Assembly: GCA_000002435.2 (NCBI GenBank)
Contig: CM018790.1
Origin: Giardia intestinalis
Taxonomy: Eukaryota
Length of the DNA: 64,000 nt
Direction: 5' to 3' (one strand)
This document shows positions 1-9,963 of this stretch, piece after piece (the first letter of the stretch is position 1; each line of letters starts with the position of its first letter). The notes under the pieces are model-generated. The model saw only the letters and a list, made by a program, of their open reading frames with translations. It was not told the DNA's origin and did no database searches. The translations under genes and the position numbers were made by a program.

Positions 1-1834
1 GAAAGAGATAGCCGTCTTGCAGTGGCCCATCAACAAAATTACTAGTTATCCATCTGGTAAACCATATATGCAAGTCCTTCATCCGTCCTTTGAAAGTGCG
101 TCGTCCAACTATGCTAAGATCACCTTTCATCGCATCTGTTGTTGCGTACTGCAAAGAGAGAGCATTTCCATGCCGCCAAAACGTTGCGTTAAGGTGTCCA
201 AATGCCTCTTCGAGAGTAATCTCGTAGGGGGTGTACCGAGGAAATTCTGCATGTGCTCCCGAACAGAGAACTTTAGTAACTGTCTTGCGCAAAAATTCTT
301 TGCAAAGGCATAACTGCACGGTGTTAGTGCGGTCAAGGCTATCTAAACAGTTAATACGATATATAAAATCGCATACAGACTCAGAGGTATTCAGATCGCG
401 CTCAAAGAAACGAAGAAAGTAGTGCACAGTTCGCATGTCACCCTTGAAGGCGTGGGACACAACAGAGTGGAAGTCGAGATGTACGTATGAAAAACCAGGT
501 GTTTGTAAAACAATGTTGCTTTTCGGGTAGTGTAACGTCTCAGACGCAAGAGAATCAGACGTTGCCACCGGTTTCACTTCTTGCATTAGCTCTATGACCT
601 CTGGATCTGATGGATTCATGGCCTCAAGTATCTTGCGAGACTGCTTCATCTCCTGGCGTGCACCTCGAAGCATTTGAAAATCAAAGTTGCGAAACTCAAC
701 AAGAAAAGGAGATGATACTGGAATGGGTACTTTCGTTACTGATGTGTCCGGGGTAATCGGTGCAACCTGCTTAACAGTCAGATGATCACTTTCAGCAGTA
801 TCTTTTGCGATTTCAAAGACAAACATGGACTTCTCATAGGAGCGAGAACTGGCTAAAAGATTGCAGAGAGAAAGAAAGCGACGAGAGAGGGCGCCTTCGG
901 ATGATACGCCATCAAGCAAATTAAGATATACCTGTTTTGATCCAGGGTACCGTCGTTCAAACCTCTGCTGTTGAGTGGTGAACTCCTGAAGAGAAAGGTT
1001 GCTGGGAAAGTCTCTGGTGATCTTGATGGGTGGCTTCTGTGATAAATTAGGGACCTGTTGGAAGGAAACTGGGATCGAACCGCGAAGAGAAATGTTTGTG
1101 CAAGTAAATGCAGCACGAGATTGCTCATTGTAAAATGTAGCCAATACTTCTGTTTCTACGTAGTTAGATGTGTGCCCCTCTGCATCGATTCCACGTTGGA
1201 AGTAACGCTTACCCGCAGACTTCAAGGAGCGCCGGGAAATTAATAAGATAGTAAGGGTTGTTCCTGGTGCAACTACGAAGGGTTTAGTTTCCTCAATGTA
1301 CCCACATATTACAAAAGGTACACAACTGGTGATGTCGAGGTCCACAAGGCCTTCTCCACATCCGGGGAAAACATTTCGGTTCCAATGAAAGGCATGCCTG
1401 TTAGACTTATATTTGGATGTCTCAATGAGCCGTTTATCAAATGCACAATAAAGGCCCTTCTGGGAGAACTGCTTCATAAGTGCGGCCCTTATGTAGTTAT
1501 TTTTCTTTCCTGTGACAAAAACATCGACAGCATCAATGGAATAGACATCTATAGGCGTTGAGTCAAGAGATGAAACTGCTTCTCCATCACACGGCCTATA
1601 AGTGACGCAATATTCGAGCTTTGTTGCCACAATGATATAAGATGCACCATCGTAGTTTAGAATGCCTAGCAAGGCTGAGATGTGTTTTGTGGGCACCTCA
1701 CTCGCTATAGATTGGAGCTTCTCTTCACTGAAAGAAAGCAGTTGCCTCGTCACGCAATCTAGTGCATACACACCACTGTGATTATGCAGGATTAGATTGT
1801 CACCGTACTGATAGCAAAGTATATCGGGCACCAT
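1..1834 (-). CDS. SAC-domain phosphoinositide phosphatase (Sac1/Fig4-like), partial; C-terminus lies beyond the left edge of the window
   Basis: Manual translation of the minus strand from ATG at ~1834 (TAA 12 codons upstream) runs without a stop to position 1. It contains the SAC catalytic motif RINCLDSLDRTNTVQ (the CX5R(T/S) motif, CLDSLDRT). The ORF track missed it because it runs off the edge. Confidence 0.8.
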   Translation of the reverse strand, partial: MVPDILCYQYGDNLILHNHSGVYALDCVTRQLLSFSEEKLQSIASEVPTKHISALLGILNYDGASYIIVATKLEYCVTYRPCDGEAVSSLDSTPIDVYSIDAVDVFVTGKKNNYIRAALMKQFSQKGLYCAFDKRLIETSKYKSNRHAFHWNRNVFPGCGEGLVDLDITSCVPFVICGYIEETKPFVVAPGTTLTILLISRRSLKSAGKRYFQRGIDAEGHTSNYVETEVLATFYNEQSRAAFTCTNISLRGSIPVSFQQVPNLSQKPPIKITRDFPSNLSLQEFTTQQQRFERRYPGSKQVYLNLLDGVSSEGALSRRFLSLCNLLASSRSYEKSMFVFEIAKDTAESDHLTVKQVAPITPDTSVTKVPIPVSSPFLVEFRNFDFQMLRGARQEMKQSRKILEAMNPSDPEVIELMQEVKPVATSDSLASETLHYPKSNIVLQTPGFSYVHLDFHSVVSHAFKGDMRTVHYFLRFFERDLNTSESVCDFIYRINCLDSLDRTNTVQLCLCKEFLRKTVTKVLCSGAHAEFPRYTPYEITLEEAFGHLNATFWRHGNALSLQYATTDAMKGDLSIVGRRTFKGRMKDLHIWFTRWITSNFVDGPLQDGYLF

Positions 1835-1958
1835 AAGCGAGTAGTTTTTAATTCTTGGACATTGGAATTAAAATCTAAATTTAGCACGGTTTTCAAATAC
1901 ATTTTCTTTATACCTTAATCTATGATTTCATTTATTTACACTTGTTTTGCTAAGTAGC

Positions 1959-3398
1959 ATGGGAAAGCCTTCTTTGCACGCGGCCTCGCGGGCTCAACGT
2001 CCATCTCTAGGCCTCCACATTGATGGGATGAAGTCTCGCAAGCTGACAGCTAAGACTATTGTTCCAAGGGATATCCGTCATGCCGTGGGCTCAGATGACG
2101 ATCAAGATCCTTACGACACATATGATCCCACAGCACAGGAGCAGGATGAGGAGGAGATACTTGATGCCGCTCTCCTCAAGGCTCTCAATCTTAAGGTTTC
2201 AAGCACAGTGGGGGAGATCAAGATCAACCCGAAGGTTCTGCGGTCCGTGGTCCCAAAGAACACTTATAGCTCGTCGGCTGTTGATTTGAAGGACATGCAA
2301 AATAGTCTAGATATGCTAACCATGTTTGACCAAACTACCAGTACACTAATCTCCACAGAGCAATTTGAAGCAGCTATTGAAAAGGCAGTCGCAAAAGCTA
2401 CCGCACAGTCTACCAGTGATCACAGCTTTTCGTTGCGTGCCTACAATGAGCAGGAGGCGCAAAGGTCCAAAGCAGATGCACTGGATGACGAACGCTTTAA
2501 TCCATATGAGGGCTATGAGCGTAGAGGAGAAACAGAACCAAGCTATGCTAAGGCCGATTGCATGTCGATGGCAGCAAAGTCCATCTTGAGTGATCAGACT
2601 CTGGCAGATGTTCTGCGACATACGGGATTGCTTCTTTCCAAATACAAATCAGGGACGTTGCCAAAAATTCTGAAAAATATCCCTGCTTCTTCATCATGGG
2701 AGCCGATAGTTGAAGTGATGAATCCTCTGGCTTGGACGCCTCACGCAATACAGGTTGTCACCAAGCTTTTCATCTCCCAGCTCCCCGAGGACCAGGCCTA
2801 CCTGTACGATAAGAATGTCCTGCTAGAGCAGGTTAAGGAGAGTCTTAGGCATAACAAGAAACTGCCTGTTCACATCTTCGATGCGTTGGGTAAGGCAACA
2901 TACAAACCGCGTGCGTTTTACAAAGGGATTGTCTTTCCATTGGCAAATACAGATGCACACGTGGTTGTCGTGAAGGCTGTTGCATCTATACTGAAGAAGA
3001 GCTCCATCCCCATACAGATTTCTGCACCCGCCTTACTGAAGCTTTTAGAGATACCGTACAATGGTGCAGCATCTGCATTTATCGGTAGCCTGATTGAAAA
3101 GGGCTACGCACTGCCTGTCACAGTTATAGAAGAGCTGGTCAAGTACTATGAGCAAACAGCCAACGAATACAAGTCTCAGCAACTCCCCTTGGTCTTCCAC
3201 GCAGGGCTGCTTGCATTTGTTAGAAAGTATAACACAGCCATGACGGGAGAGCAGCAGCTCCGACTAATTTCGGCTGTAAAGATGTCCCCCCACAAAGGTG
3301 GCATCAGCAAAGAGATACTGCGATTATTCAATGAGAGCTCCGTTCTGTTTACTAGAAACATGGGCACCACGTTTTCTCCCCATCAGCTCATAATATAG
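1959..3398 (+). CDS. Bystin/Enp1-like ribosome (40S) biogenesis protein
   Basis: The track ORF 1947..3398 starts at TTG; the first ATG is at 1959. The C-terminal half matches the bystin family: SGTLPKILKNIPASSSWEPIVEVMNPLAWTPHA...AFYKGIVFPLANTDAHVVVVKAVASILKKSSIPIQISAPALLKLLEIPYNGAASAFIGSLIEKGYALPVTVIEELVKYY. Confidence 0.85.
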   Translation: MGKPSLHAASRAQRPSLGLHIDGMKSRKLTAKTIVPRDIRHAVGSDDDQDPYDTYDPTAQEQDEEEILDAALLKALNLKVSSTVGEIKINPKVLRSVVPKNTYSSSAVDLKDMQNSLDMLTMFDQTTSTLISTEQFEAAIEKAVAKATAQSTSDHSFSLRAYNEQEAQRSKADALDDERFNPYEGYERRGETEPSYAKADCMSMAAKSILSDQTLADVLRHTGLLLSKYKSGTLPKILKNIPASSSWEPIVEVMNPLAWTPHAIQVVTKLFISQLPEDQAYLYDKNVLLEQVKESLRHNKKLPVHIFDALGKATYKPRAFYKGIVFPLANTDAHVVVVKAVASILKKSSIPIQISAPALLKLLEIPYNGAASAFIGSLIEKGYALPVTVIEELVKYYEQTANEYKSQQLPLVFHAGLLAFVRKYNTAMTGEQQLRLISAVKMSPHKGGISKEILRLFNESSVLFTRNMGTTFSPHQLII

Positions 3399-3427
3399 AT
3401 AGATATTGTGGGGCTGAATTCACGATG

Positions 3428-5641
3428 CTAAATAAGCTCGTGCCACGGGGCTCCACTGCAGACATATGCCATGGCAAATATGTTATTATATCGTTGATTC
3501 TCAAACAGAGGCATGTACGATGCAGCCTCCTTAGTAGGAAATATGCGGGTGAACATCCCAGAGCGCTGCTCTTCATCAGAGATTTGCATACAGATTCTTC
3601 GCTCCATCTCTGTGAGATTTGCCATCGCGCCTTGAGGAAGACCGTATCGTACCCGACCCTGTTTATCCATACGCCGCAGCTGATCGGTTGTCATACTTTT
3701 GCCGTTAGCGCTCGGCCGCATTTCATTGAAAGGTAAGCGTGGTAGGTCGGTCTTAGACTGGCTAGAATCAGAAAGGCTATCTGATGTGCGACAAGATTTG
3801 TTGGATTTGCTCGATAGTGAACTCGGTGAGGCGTTTGCGTTGGTTTTGACATTAACAGGGGTGTCACCTTGTTTTTTCTGGGCAGAGATGCTACCACTTG
3901 CAGCTACGTCTGCATCTGGGCATGGATTGGCGTCTGCAAGCCTCATAGATTGAGTAGGGGGGAGGCTCCCTGCCGAGAGGTAGAGTGCACTATCCAACAT
4001 CGCTTTTCCATGCACTGAGGCTGACGTCTGCGGTCGTGGAAGAGGTACGTTGCTAGACCCTTGGCGGATTGCTTCTCCAGATGTCTGAGCGCGCGCAGTT
4101 AGTTGGGTATTCCGTTCTTTAATAGACTTTGCTCTCTTTTCATCCTCTGTCATGATCGTTGGGACCATAATGTCCAGCTCATTACGCTTTTCAACAGGAA
4201 TGCCAATTGTGTTCAAAGCTTCCGCTATCATAGGGTATTTAACATTAACATCTAGCTGCGTTGATGTAGCTGTGGCCGGAGAAGAGTTGACTTCTATCAA
4301 GATTGGCTTCCCGTTGCTTTGAAGCATGATATCGAATCCATAGATTCCAAACGAGATCCTCGGGTAGGTGCTAGCCGTTCGTGCTTTGTGACCAAGGATA
4401 TAGAAATTTGGCTCACAAGCAATCAGTGTTTTGATTACTAGATCACATATGCTGGAGTATAGCCTTTGCTGAACAACCCCGTTGCCTGGGACACCAGCGT
4501 TTTTCACAATTGAATCTGGGTCTTTGCTGTCAAAACAATCCCTATTCATGTCCAGATGTGCAAACAGGTCTGATGCTTTCCATTTGGAGGGGAACGCAGT
4601 ATTACCTTGACAACTGTCATCCTCATCTTCAGGGTTAGAGTACTCATAGCTACTCATGCTACTATCGCTGTCGTCGCTACCAGTAGAATTAGAGGCAGAA
4701 CCCGATCCCTTGTTTAAAGAGCTTCCCGTACTGGTCATGGTCATGATTCGTTCAACCTTCTCTTGAAGCTTCCCCTTTTTAGCCTTCACAGGGCAATGCT
4801 TTCCTGAATCTGGATTCACAAATGTGTCTGAAGATGCATTAATGCTGAAATTGGTTAAGTGCATCTTTTTGAGCTTTTTATTGCGTATAGTCGGCTTGTG
4901 GTATTTACGCGTGGCGAACCTGCCCAGGCCCTCATTATATATGTACATTATAAGAGGATCTACAGAGGTTATTAGCACGTAAATCCGCAAATCAAATTTG
5001 TACCCGTTGACAAGAAGGGGGTTGGAGATGTACTTTTGCAAGACAGCGGGCTTATCATCAAGGATGGCGTCACCATTTGATAGCAATCTGATGCCCTCGC
5101 CCCTTGCTCCTAGGGCCGGTTTGTAGATATAAAAGGCGTCTGGATTCATTGCCATATCACGCACAGCAATGGAAGCAGATTGCGGGAGTATGTACGTCTT
5201 TGGGATAAAGTCGTAGAGCTCCTTACCAGATCTATTCTGGGCAGCTACGATGCAGGAGGCTAGCTTGTCCTTCCTGCCGATAGCATTAGATCCCGGCACC
5301 TGATTGCAGATCTGCCCCGCCACCAGGGTTGAATAGAAACTCACGTTTTTGGGGGACCCCCAGCATATATTGAATTTTCGGCAATTTTTTGGTCCTGGAA
5401 CAAATCCAGCATCCGCAAAGGTGCGCCGGATTGCCTTTGTAGTTGGTCCGGCATACCGCACAATTGGCTTAGCTTTAGGAAGGATGGTTGTGTCAGCAAC
5501 ATTTCCCAGAAACCAGTAATAATACCCAAGTGAAGGGAACAGCGACTTGGCTATTCTTACGTCTCCGATATGCCCTGCTTTAAGTTGTGAGCGCCTCTTG
5601 ATCTCTGCATCGGTGAGAGCATCTTTTTTAATTGGAAGCAT
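3428..5641 (-). CDS. Tubulin tyrosine ligase-like (TTLL) family protein
   Basis: 737-aa ORF. The TTL ATP-grasp core is present: QKYISNPLLVNGYKFDLRIYVLITSVDPLIMYIYNEGLGRFAT...NFYILGHKARTASTYPRISFGIYGFDIMLQSNGKPILIEVNSSP. ATG start near 5640. Convergent with the bystin gene, with about 29 bp between stops. Confidence 0.85.
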   Translation of the reverse strand: MLPIKKDALTDAEIKRRSQLKAGHIGDVRIAKSLFPSLGYYYWFLGNVADTTILPKAKPIVRYAGPTTKAIRRTFADAGFVPGPKNCRKFNICWGSPKNVSFYSTLVAGQICNQVPGSNAIGRKDKLASCIVAAQNRSGKELYDFIPKTYILPQSASIAVRDMAMNPDAFYIYKPALGARGEGIRLLSNGDAILDDKPAVLQKYISNPLLVNGYKFDLRIYVLITSVDPLIMYIYNEGLGRFATRKYHKPTIRNKKLKKMHLTNFSINASSDTFVNPDSGKHCPVKAKKGKLQEKVERIMTMTSTGSSLNKGSGSASNSTGSDDSDSSMSSYEYSNPEDEDDSCQGNTAFPSKWKASDLFAHLDMNRDCFDSKDPDSIVKNAGVPGNGVVQQRLYSSICDLVIKTLIACEPNFYILGHKARTASTYPRISFGIYGFDIMLQSNGKPILIEVNSSPATATSTQLDVNVKYPMIAEALNTIGIPVEKRNELDIMVPTIMTEDEKRAKSIKERNTQLTARAQTSGEAIRQGSSNVPLPRPQTSASVHGKAMLDSALYLSAGSLPPTQSMRLADANPCPDADVAASGSISAQKKQGDTPVNVKTNANASPSSLSSKSNKSCRTSDSLSDSSQSKTDLPRLPFNEMRPSANGKSMTTDQLRRMDKQGRVRYGLPQGAMANLTEMERRICMQISDEEQRSGMFTRIFPTKEAASYMPLFENQRYNNIFAMAYVCSGAPWHELI

Positions 5642-6330
5642 TATACACAGTCACAATTGCAGCAAGTTCCTATAGCACAACCGTAAGCGATAGACACAAT
5701 GATAGTCCGCTTCTTTCAATTTTTAAGGTGTCAGTTTTTATGTTTTTGCTGAGATGATGATTCGCTCCACCCACTGGTTGCTTCTAGCGTTGTGCTGCTG
5801 GGCTTTTTGCCCACCATGAAGGAAGGCCAAAAAGTGAGGCACCACTAGTGGACTAGGGGTCTGAGAGAAGACCTGAATTCCAGGCGGACCAACGCACATA
5901 CTCAGACTGAGCACATCCCTGCGGAACAACTGAGGGACGCAGAAGACTCCTGGTATACAAATGAAGGGAGATCCCTATTATATCATCAGCGACCAGCCAT
6001 AGTCTCCAGGCGGCCGGGAAGTGAGCGCGGCTTACCCATGAGACCTCTGAGCGCACCTGCAGGCGGGCCCAGTGATACAGTGACAGCAATGTACAGGAGT
6101 ACACCCCAATCAATCACTCCACAAGAGAGGTGCGATCTGAGTCTGGTCCTCACTGGTCATGTTCCTATGGAAGTCAGGGGGAACTGCGCTATCAACTGGC
6201 CTCCGGTGGGTGTGCTCCTATCTTATCCTTCTCCAGTCCAACTGATCAAGGAGAGCAAGAGCGGCTGTCTCTCACTGCTCGCGGCAACACACAAGTCTGA
6301 CGGAAGAGCAGTGGCATACTAACCCGGCTA

Positions 6331-6714
6331 ATGTTGGTAGGATTTCTCCTAGTTTTTGTGGTAACACAGGCCAACTGCGCACCAGAGCTGACCAGAGCGG
6401 GCTGCAAGACGTGTAGCCCCGACGGCCAGACCTGCACGGCATGCACCAACGATTCTCACAACGTACAGGTCGACGGGAAGAGCTGCGATGCCAACTGCCC
6501 GGAGCACTCCGCGGCGAACGGCCAGAAGGTGTGCGAGTGCGAGGGAGGATACGGCCCGGTCACCGGAGAGAACAGGTGCGAGCCTTCTAATACCAACAAG
6601 AGTAGCGGTCTTTCTACCGGCGCTATTGCAGGCATCGCTGTTGCAGCCGTCATTGTCGTCGGAGGCCTCGTTGGCTTCCTCTGCTGGTGGTTCCTCTGCC
6701 GGGGCAAAGCGTAG
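6331..6714 (+). CDS. Mini variant-specific surface protein (VSP)-like gene: signal peptide, CXXC motifs, TM helix and CRGKA tail
   Basis: ATG at 6331. The N-terminus [16 protein letters not shown] is signal-peptide-like. CXXC motifs are present ([14 protein letters not shown]). The C-terminal [33 protein letters not shown] is near-identical to the tail of VSP 52618..54816. AGTAAAT lies 17 nt after the stop. Confidence 0.7.
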   Translation: MLVGFLLVFVVTQANCAPELTRAGCKTCSPDGQTCTACTNDSHNVQVDGKSCDANCPEHSAANGQKVCECEGGYGPVTGENRCEPSNTNKSSGLSTGAIAGIAVAAVIVVGGLVGFLCWWFLCRGKA

Positions 6715-6728
6715 ATGTAGACTTAGGT

Positions 6729-6735
6729 AGTAAAT
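6729..6735 (+). promoter_or_regulatory. Giardia-type polyadenylation signal AGTRAAY (AGTAAAT) downstream of the mini-VSP stop
   Basis: The sequence gcgtagatgtagacttaggtAGTAAATgctg follows the CRGKA stop codon. The same arrangement is seen after both full-length VSPs. Confidence 0.55.
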
Positions 6736-7070
6736 GCTGTATGGACATGTGGGCGGTGCTCTGGCGTGATTGAGCAATGGGTGCCCGATCTCTGAGCTCT
6801 CGTGGTCCTCATTCATAGACTCCCGTGGCCTCTGCATGAGAGCATCCGTTTGCGGAATGCTGAAGAGGCGCGCCTGTGTGTCGCCATGGCAGGAGCGTTG
6901 TGTCTCCCATGCATGCCCTTGCAGTCGTGCGTCATCCCCGGGACCCCAGCTCGGATCCTCAGACTCCACGGCGCAGGGAGAGGAGTTGGCCCGCTCCTGC
7001 CATCGCCTCGTCTGCGCGGCGGTCGTGGCTGTGCGCACCCTTGTATGCACTGGGCAGTGGAAGGACAGCC

Positions 7071-8417
7071 CTACGCATCGCTGACCCGTGCCTTGTGCTT
7101 CCTCTGCCTCCCCTCCTGGTCCTTCTGCGACCTCCCCCCGACCCCAGCGCGACGGCCGGAACTCACCTGCGTGCTCGCCATGCAGAGGAACAGGCGCGCT
7201 CCATCCACGGCCGTGAAGACGCATCGCAAGGCCCCTTCTGTCTCGTACAGGGCGCAGAACATGTGTGTCGAAGGGGCCAGCTCGCATGTGCCGATAGAGC
7301 GGGGGCCGTCTGTGCCGCTCTCCACGGGCATCCTGTGGAAGTGGAGAAGGCTTCCCCTGCAGAAGGCCAGACAGAGGCTTCCCGGGGCAGCCGAGGATGG
7401 GGACAGAGAGCAGATGCGGAACGACTCAGACTCCGGGGGCAGGCTCTGGGCCCCGAAGTCATCGAGTTCTATCGTGGAGAACGAGAGATGCGACAGCAGG
7501 CCGGAGACGACCAGGAGGACCGGCAGATCGGAGCGCTCGCCGGTCTCGGAAATGGCTGACACGGCGACGACAGCCGAGGTGCCACACATGCAGACGGCCC
7601 CGACCTGCGCCTCTGCAAGCCCGGGACCCTCTTTGCAGCGGTACAAGAGATGCTCCTCGGGGCTCGAGACAACAACCCGGGACATGTAGAACTCCGTGCC
7701 GGTCTGAGTGAACCACTCGAATCCCCGTAGCGCTGGGTCCAGAGTTGCGGGCTCCTGGAAGCAGACGCAGCACAGAACGACTTCTGCATCAGTCGTGGAG
7801 GCCAGGACATAGAGGAGGGAGGAGGCCGGATCGTAGCGCAGAGAGGGGCAGGCAGTGTCAGCGACGGAGACGGGGAGGACAGTTGCCTGGGGACACCCGC
7901 CGCGCAGGCAGAGCAGTAGAAGGCCAGTGCCTTGCGGGTCCTGTGCTGGGAGCCCAAACACAGCGACGAGGACACTTGCGGCCCCGCACCTCTCAGCAGA
8001 GAGGTTTCGGATAGGCCAGGGGATGTCCCGTGCGGGGTAGAGCAGGACTAGGCGATGCGTTCGATGGGAGCCTGCTACGAGCTCGTAGATGGCCGACACA
8101 GAGGCGAGGAAGACCCGCTCATCCAGGGCGCAGACCGCGGTCAGGGGCTCTCCCGGGGCGGCGCGTCCGAGGCTGCAGACACTTCTGCTGCCGCTGATGC
8201 CCTTGGAGGTGATTGCATGGACGATGGGGGCCCAGCTCTGCGTGGTTAGCGCCACGACAGCGTCCCCGCCGCAGACTCGCGCAACCACCGCAGCAATGAC
8301 CGGGGCGTCAAGCTCGGCCCTCCACTCGCACAGGGGGGATCCGGGGGCGTGGGCAGCGATATCCCCAGAAGAGACACCCGCGCGCTCCAGGGCGCTCATT
8401 TTAAGACTGAGGTCCAT
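7071..8417 (-). CDS. Hypothetical protein encoded in a GC-rich island (448 aa)
   Basis: This is the longest ORF in the ~64% GC block 6715..8900, with ATG at 8417. At this GC a chance 448-codon ORF is very unlikely, at roughly 1e-5. The composition is A/V/S/L/G-rich and protein-like, whereas the overlapping plus-strand ORFs (6802..7689, 8089..8859) are R/P/S/C-rich and look like shadows. No recognisable domain. Strand choice is uncertain. Confidence 0.4.
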   Translation of the reverse strand: MDLSLKMSALERAGVSSGDIAAHAPGSPLCEWRAELDAPVIAAVVARVCGGDAVVALTTQSWAPIVHAITSKGISGSRSVCSLGRAAPGEPLTAVCALDERVFLASVSAIYELVAGSHRTHRLVLLYPARDIPWPIRNLSAERCGAASVLVAVFGLPAQDPQGTGLLLLCLRGGCPQATVLPVSVADTACPSLRYDPASSLLYVLASTTDAEVVLCCVCFQEPATLDPALRGFEWFTQTGTEFYMSRVVVSSPEEHLLYRCKEGPGLAEAQVGAVCMCGTSAVVAVSAISETGERSDLPVLLVVSGLLSHLSFSTIELDDFGAQSLPPESESFRICSLSPSSAAPGSLCLAFCRGSLLHFHRMPVESGTDGPRSIGTCELAPSTHMFCALYETEGALRCVFTAVDGARLFLCMASTQVSSGRRAGVGGRSQKDQEGRQRKHKARVSDA

Positions 8418-8982
8418 AGCTCTGCAACGCCATCTGCACGTCAGCCCCGGGCAAACAGTCGGACTGTTCTCTTGGCCATATGCTCGCTGCTGCGGGGACC
8501 CCGAGCTGTTCTCACCTCGAGTCTTCGCAACAGCCCGGGCAGATGGGTGCAGAGGCAGTCACAGCGCGGCTAAGCCGTTGCCTGCAGGGCATTCTTCCAG
8601 CCAGGGGCAAGGTTTTGCAGCGAGACATGGCCTGCTTCAGACCATCAGGGAGCTCGCGCACGCAGACTACCGACCAGGTGGCTGCCGCCGTGCAAGGCGT
8701 GCGCTAAGATTGGAGTGGAGCGTTTACTGCCTTCCAAGCGGATGTGTTTCCTCAGCATGGTGGTCCGTGTGGTGGGAACGGATGCACACCATGGTTTGCG
8801 AAGGGGGCTCTAGGCTTCAGAATCCCAGTGATCACTTTGTTGCACCTTGCTACACATAGCAGGGGCGACGGAAGGAATCCAAGGGGTGCAGTCTTTGTAT
8901 GATGCGCCATCTGGATGCGCTGCAAGAGGCCCAGGAATTGCAGGCGTACTGCCACACGCGTTCTATGTGACCTGCAGTAAAA

Positions 8983-9618
8983 ATGCCGTCTATGGATGAC
9001 TTAGATCAATTCCTTCAGGAGTGCGACTGCGCCTTACTCCTCATGTCTGAGAAGAACACGAGCGAAGAGAGCGCAGGAAACTCAACTGAGTCTTCACAAA
9101 CAGATGATGAAGGCAGCGTGGACGAGGACGGCGTCACCACGCTTATGGAGGCAGCCAAAAGAAACGACGTGAAGGCGGTGAAGCGCTATATCCCTTATCA
9201 GGCAAGGATGGTGGCGAAGCTTGTCAAGGCAGGGAGAGTAGAGATATACGATGGGACGGCCCTGATGGTCGCTGCGGTGCTTGGACACACCAGAGTGGTG
9301 AAGCTGCTGATGAGGCACGAGCGTTGCATGAGGAGCAGTAATGAATGGACGGCCCTCATGTGGGCGGCACTTTTTGGCCGCACCGAGGTCGTGAAACTAC
9401 TCCTGGATGTTGAGGGAGGCATGCAAATAAACGGAGGTGTTACCGCCCTCACAGCTGCAGCAGGCTTTGGCCGTCTGGACTGTGTCAAGTTACTGCTGGA
9501 GAGAGAGAAGGACGTAGGCGGCGAGTCTGCTCTTTGTATGGCTAGTACACGAGGTCACCCCGAGGTGGCGTCTTTTCTTGAAAATAAGGGCATTAGGCTA
9601 GTGGATCCTTACCTGTGA
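8983..9618 (+). CDS. Ankyrin-repeat protein (Giardia Protein 21.1-like)
   Basis: ATG in the A-rich context gtaaaaATG. At least four ankyrin repeats are present (TALMEAAKRNDVKAVKRYI..., TALMVAAVLGHTRVVKLLM..., TALMWAALFGRTEVVKLLL..., TALTAAAGFGRLDCVKLLL). AGTAAAC lies about 22 nt after the stop (9640..9646). Confidence 0.8.
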   Translation: MPSMDDLDQFLQECDCALLLMSEKNTSEESAGNSTESSQTDDEGSVDEDGVTTLMEAAKRNDVKAVKRYIPYQARMVAKLVKAGRVEIYDGTALMVAAVLGHTRVVKLLMRHERCMRSSNEWTALMWAALFGRTEVVKLLLDVEGGMQINGGVTALTAAAGFGRLDCVKLLLEREKDVGGESALCMASTRGHPEVASFLENKGIRLVDPYL

Positions 9619-9963
9619 ATACTATCCAGAAAGCCCGTGAGTAAACGCGCTTAACTGTTGGTTGCATCCGACGGGGACTAGAGTCTCCCTCCAGCTGTGC
9701 AGGGGGACGGCTAGCCAATAGGGTGAAGTGATGGCTGTCAGTGGGGCACACAGCCACCCGTTTCCGCAGAGGCCAGGGGGCTGGCCTTCTCACCCTCGGT
9801 CAGCACTGGGACACCGGTGGGTGAAACGGTCGCACAGGTGGCCTTCTCGCTGCTGATGCAGAAGCCCTCCGCAAGCATTGGACCACTACAGATCTGTAGA
9901 CACAAACCCCTGTGGAAACGGATCGTTTCCAAAACTGTAGATTACCAAAATAATAAAACCAGG

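Noticed and set aside
1061-1090. tRNA T-loop-like string (revcomp gcggTTCGATCcc) on the minus strand
   Set aside because: The flanking bases cannot form T or acceptor stems, and it lies inside the SAC-phosphatase coding frame (RGSIPVSFQ). Chance match.
5750-5866. Box C (ATGATGA) ... box D (CTGA) arrangement suggestive of a C/D snoRNA
   Set aside because: There is no complementary terminal stem flanking the C and D boxes and no identifiable guide or D' box. Kept only as a low-confidence note in the findings.
6349-7287. 312-aa minus-strand ORF overlapping the mini-VSP, and plus-strand ORFs 6802..7689, 6876..7559 and 8089..8859 in the GC island
   Set aside because: R/P/G-rich junk-like translations. 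They contain the antisense reading of the VSP TM and CRGKA region (…[10 protein letters not shown]…). High GC makes long chance ORFs frequent.
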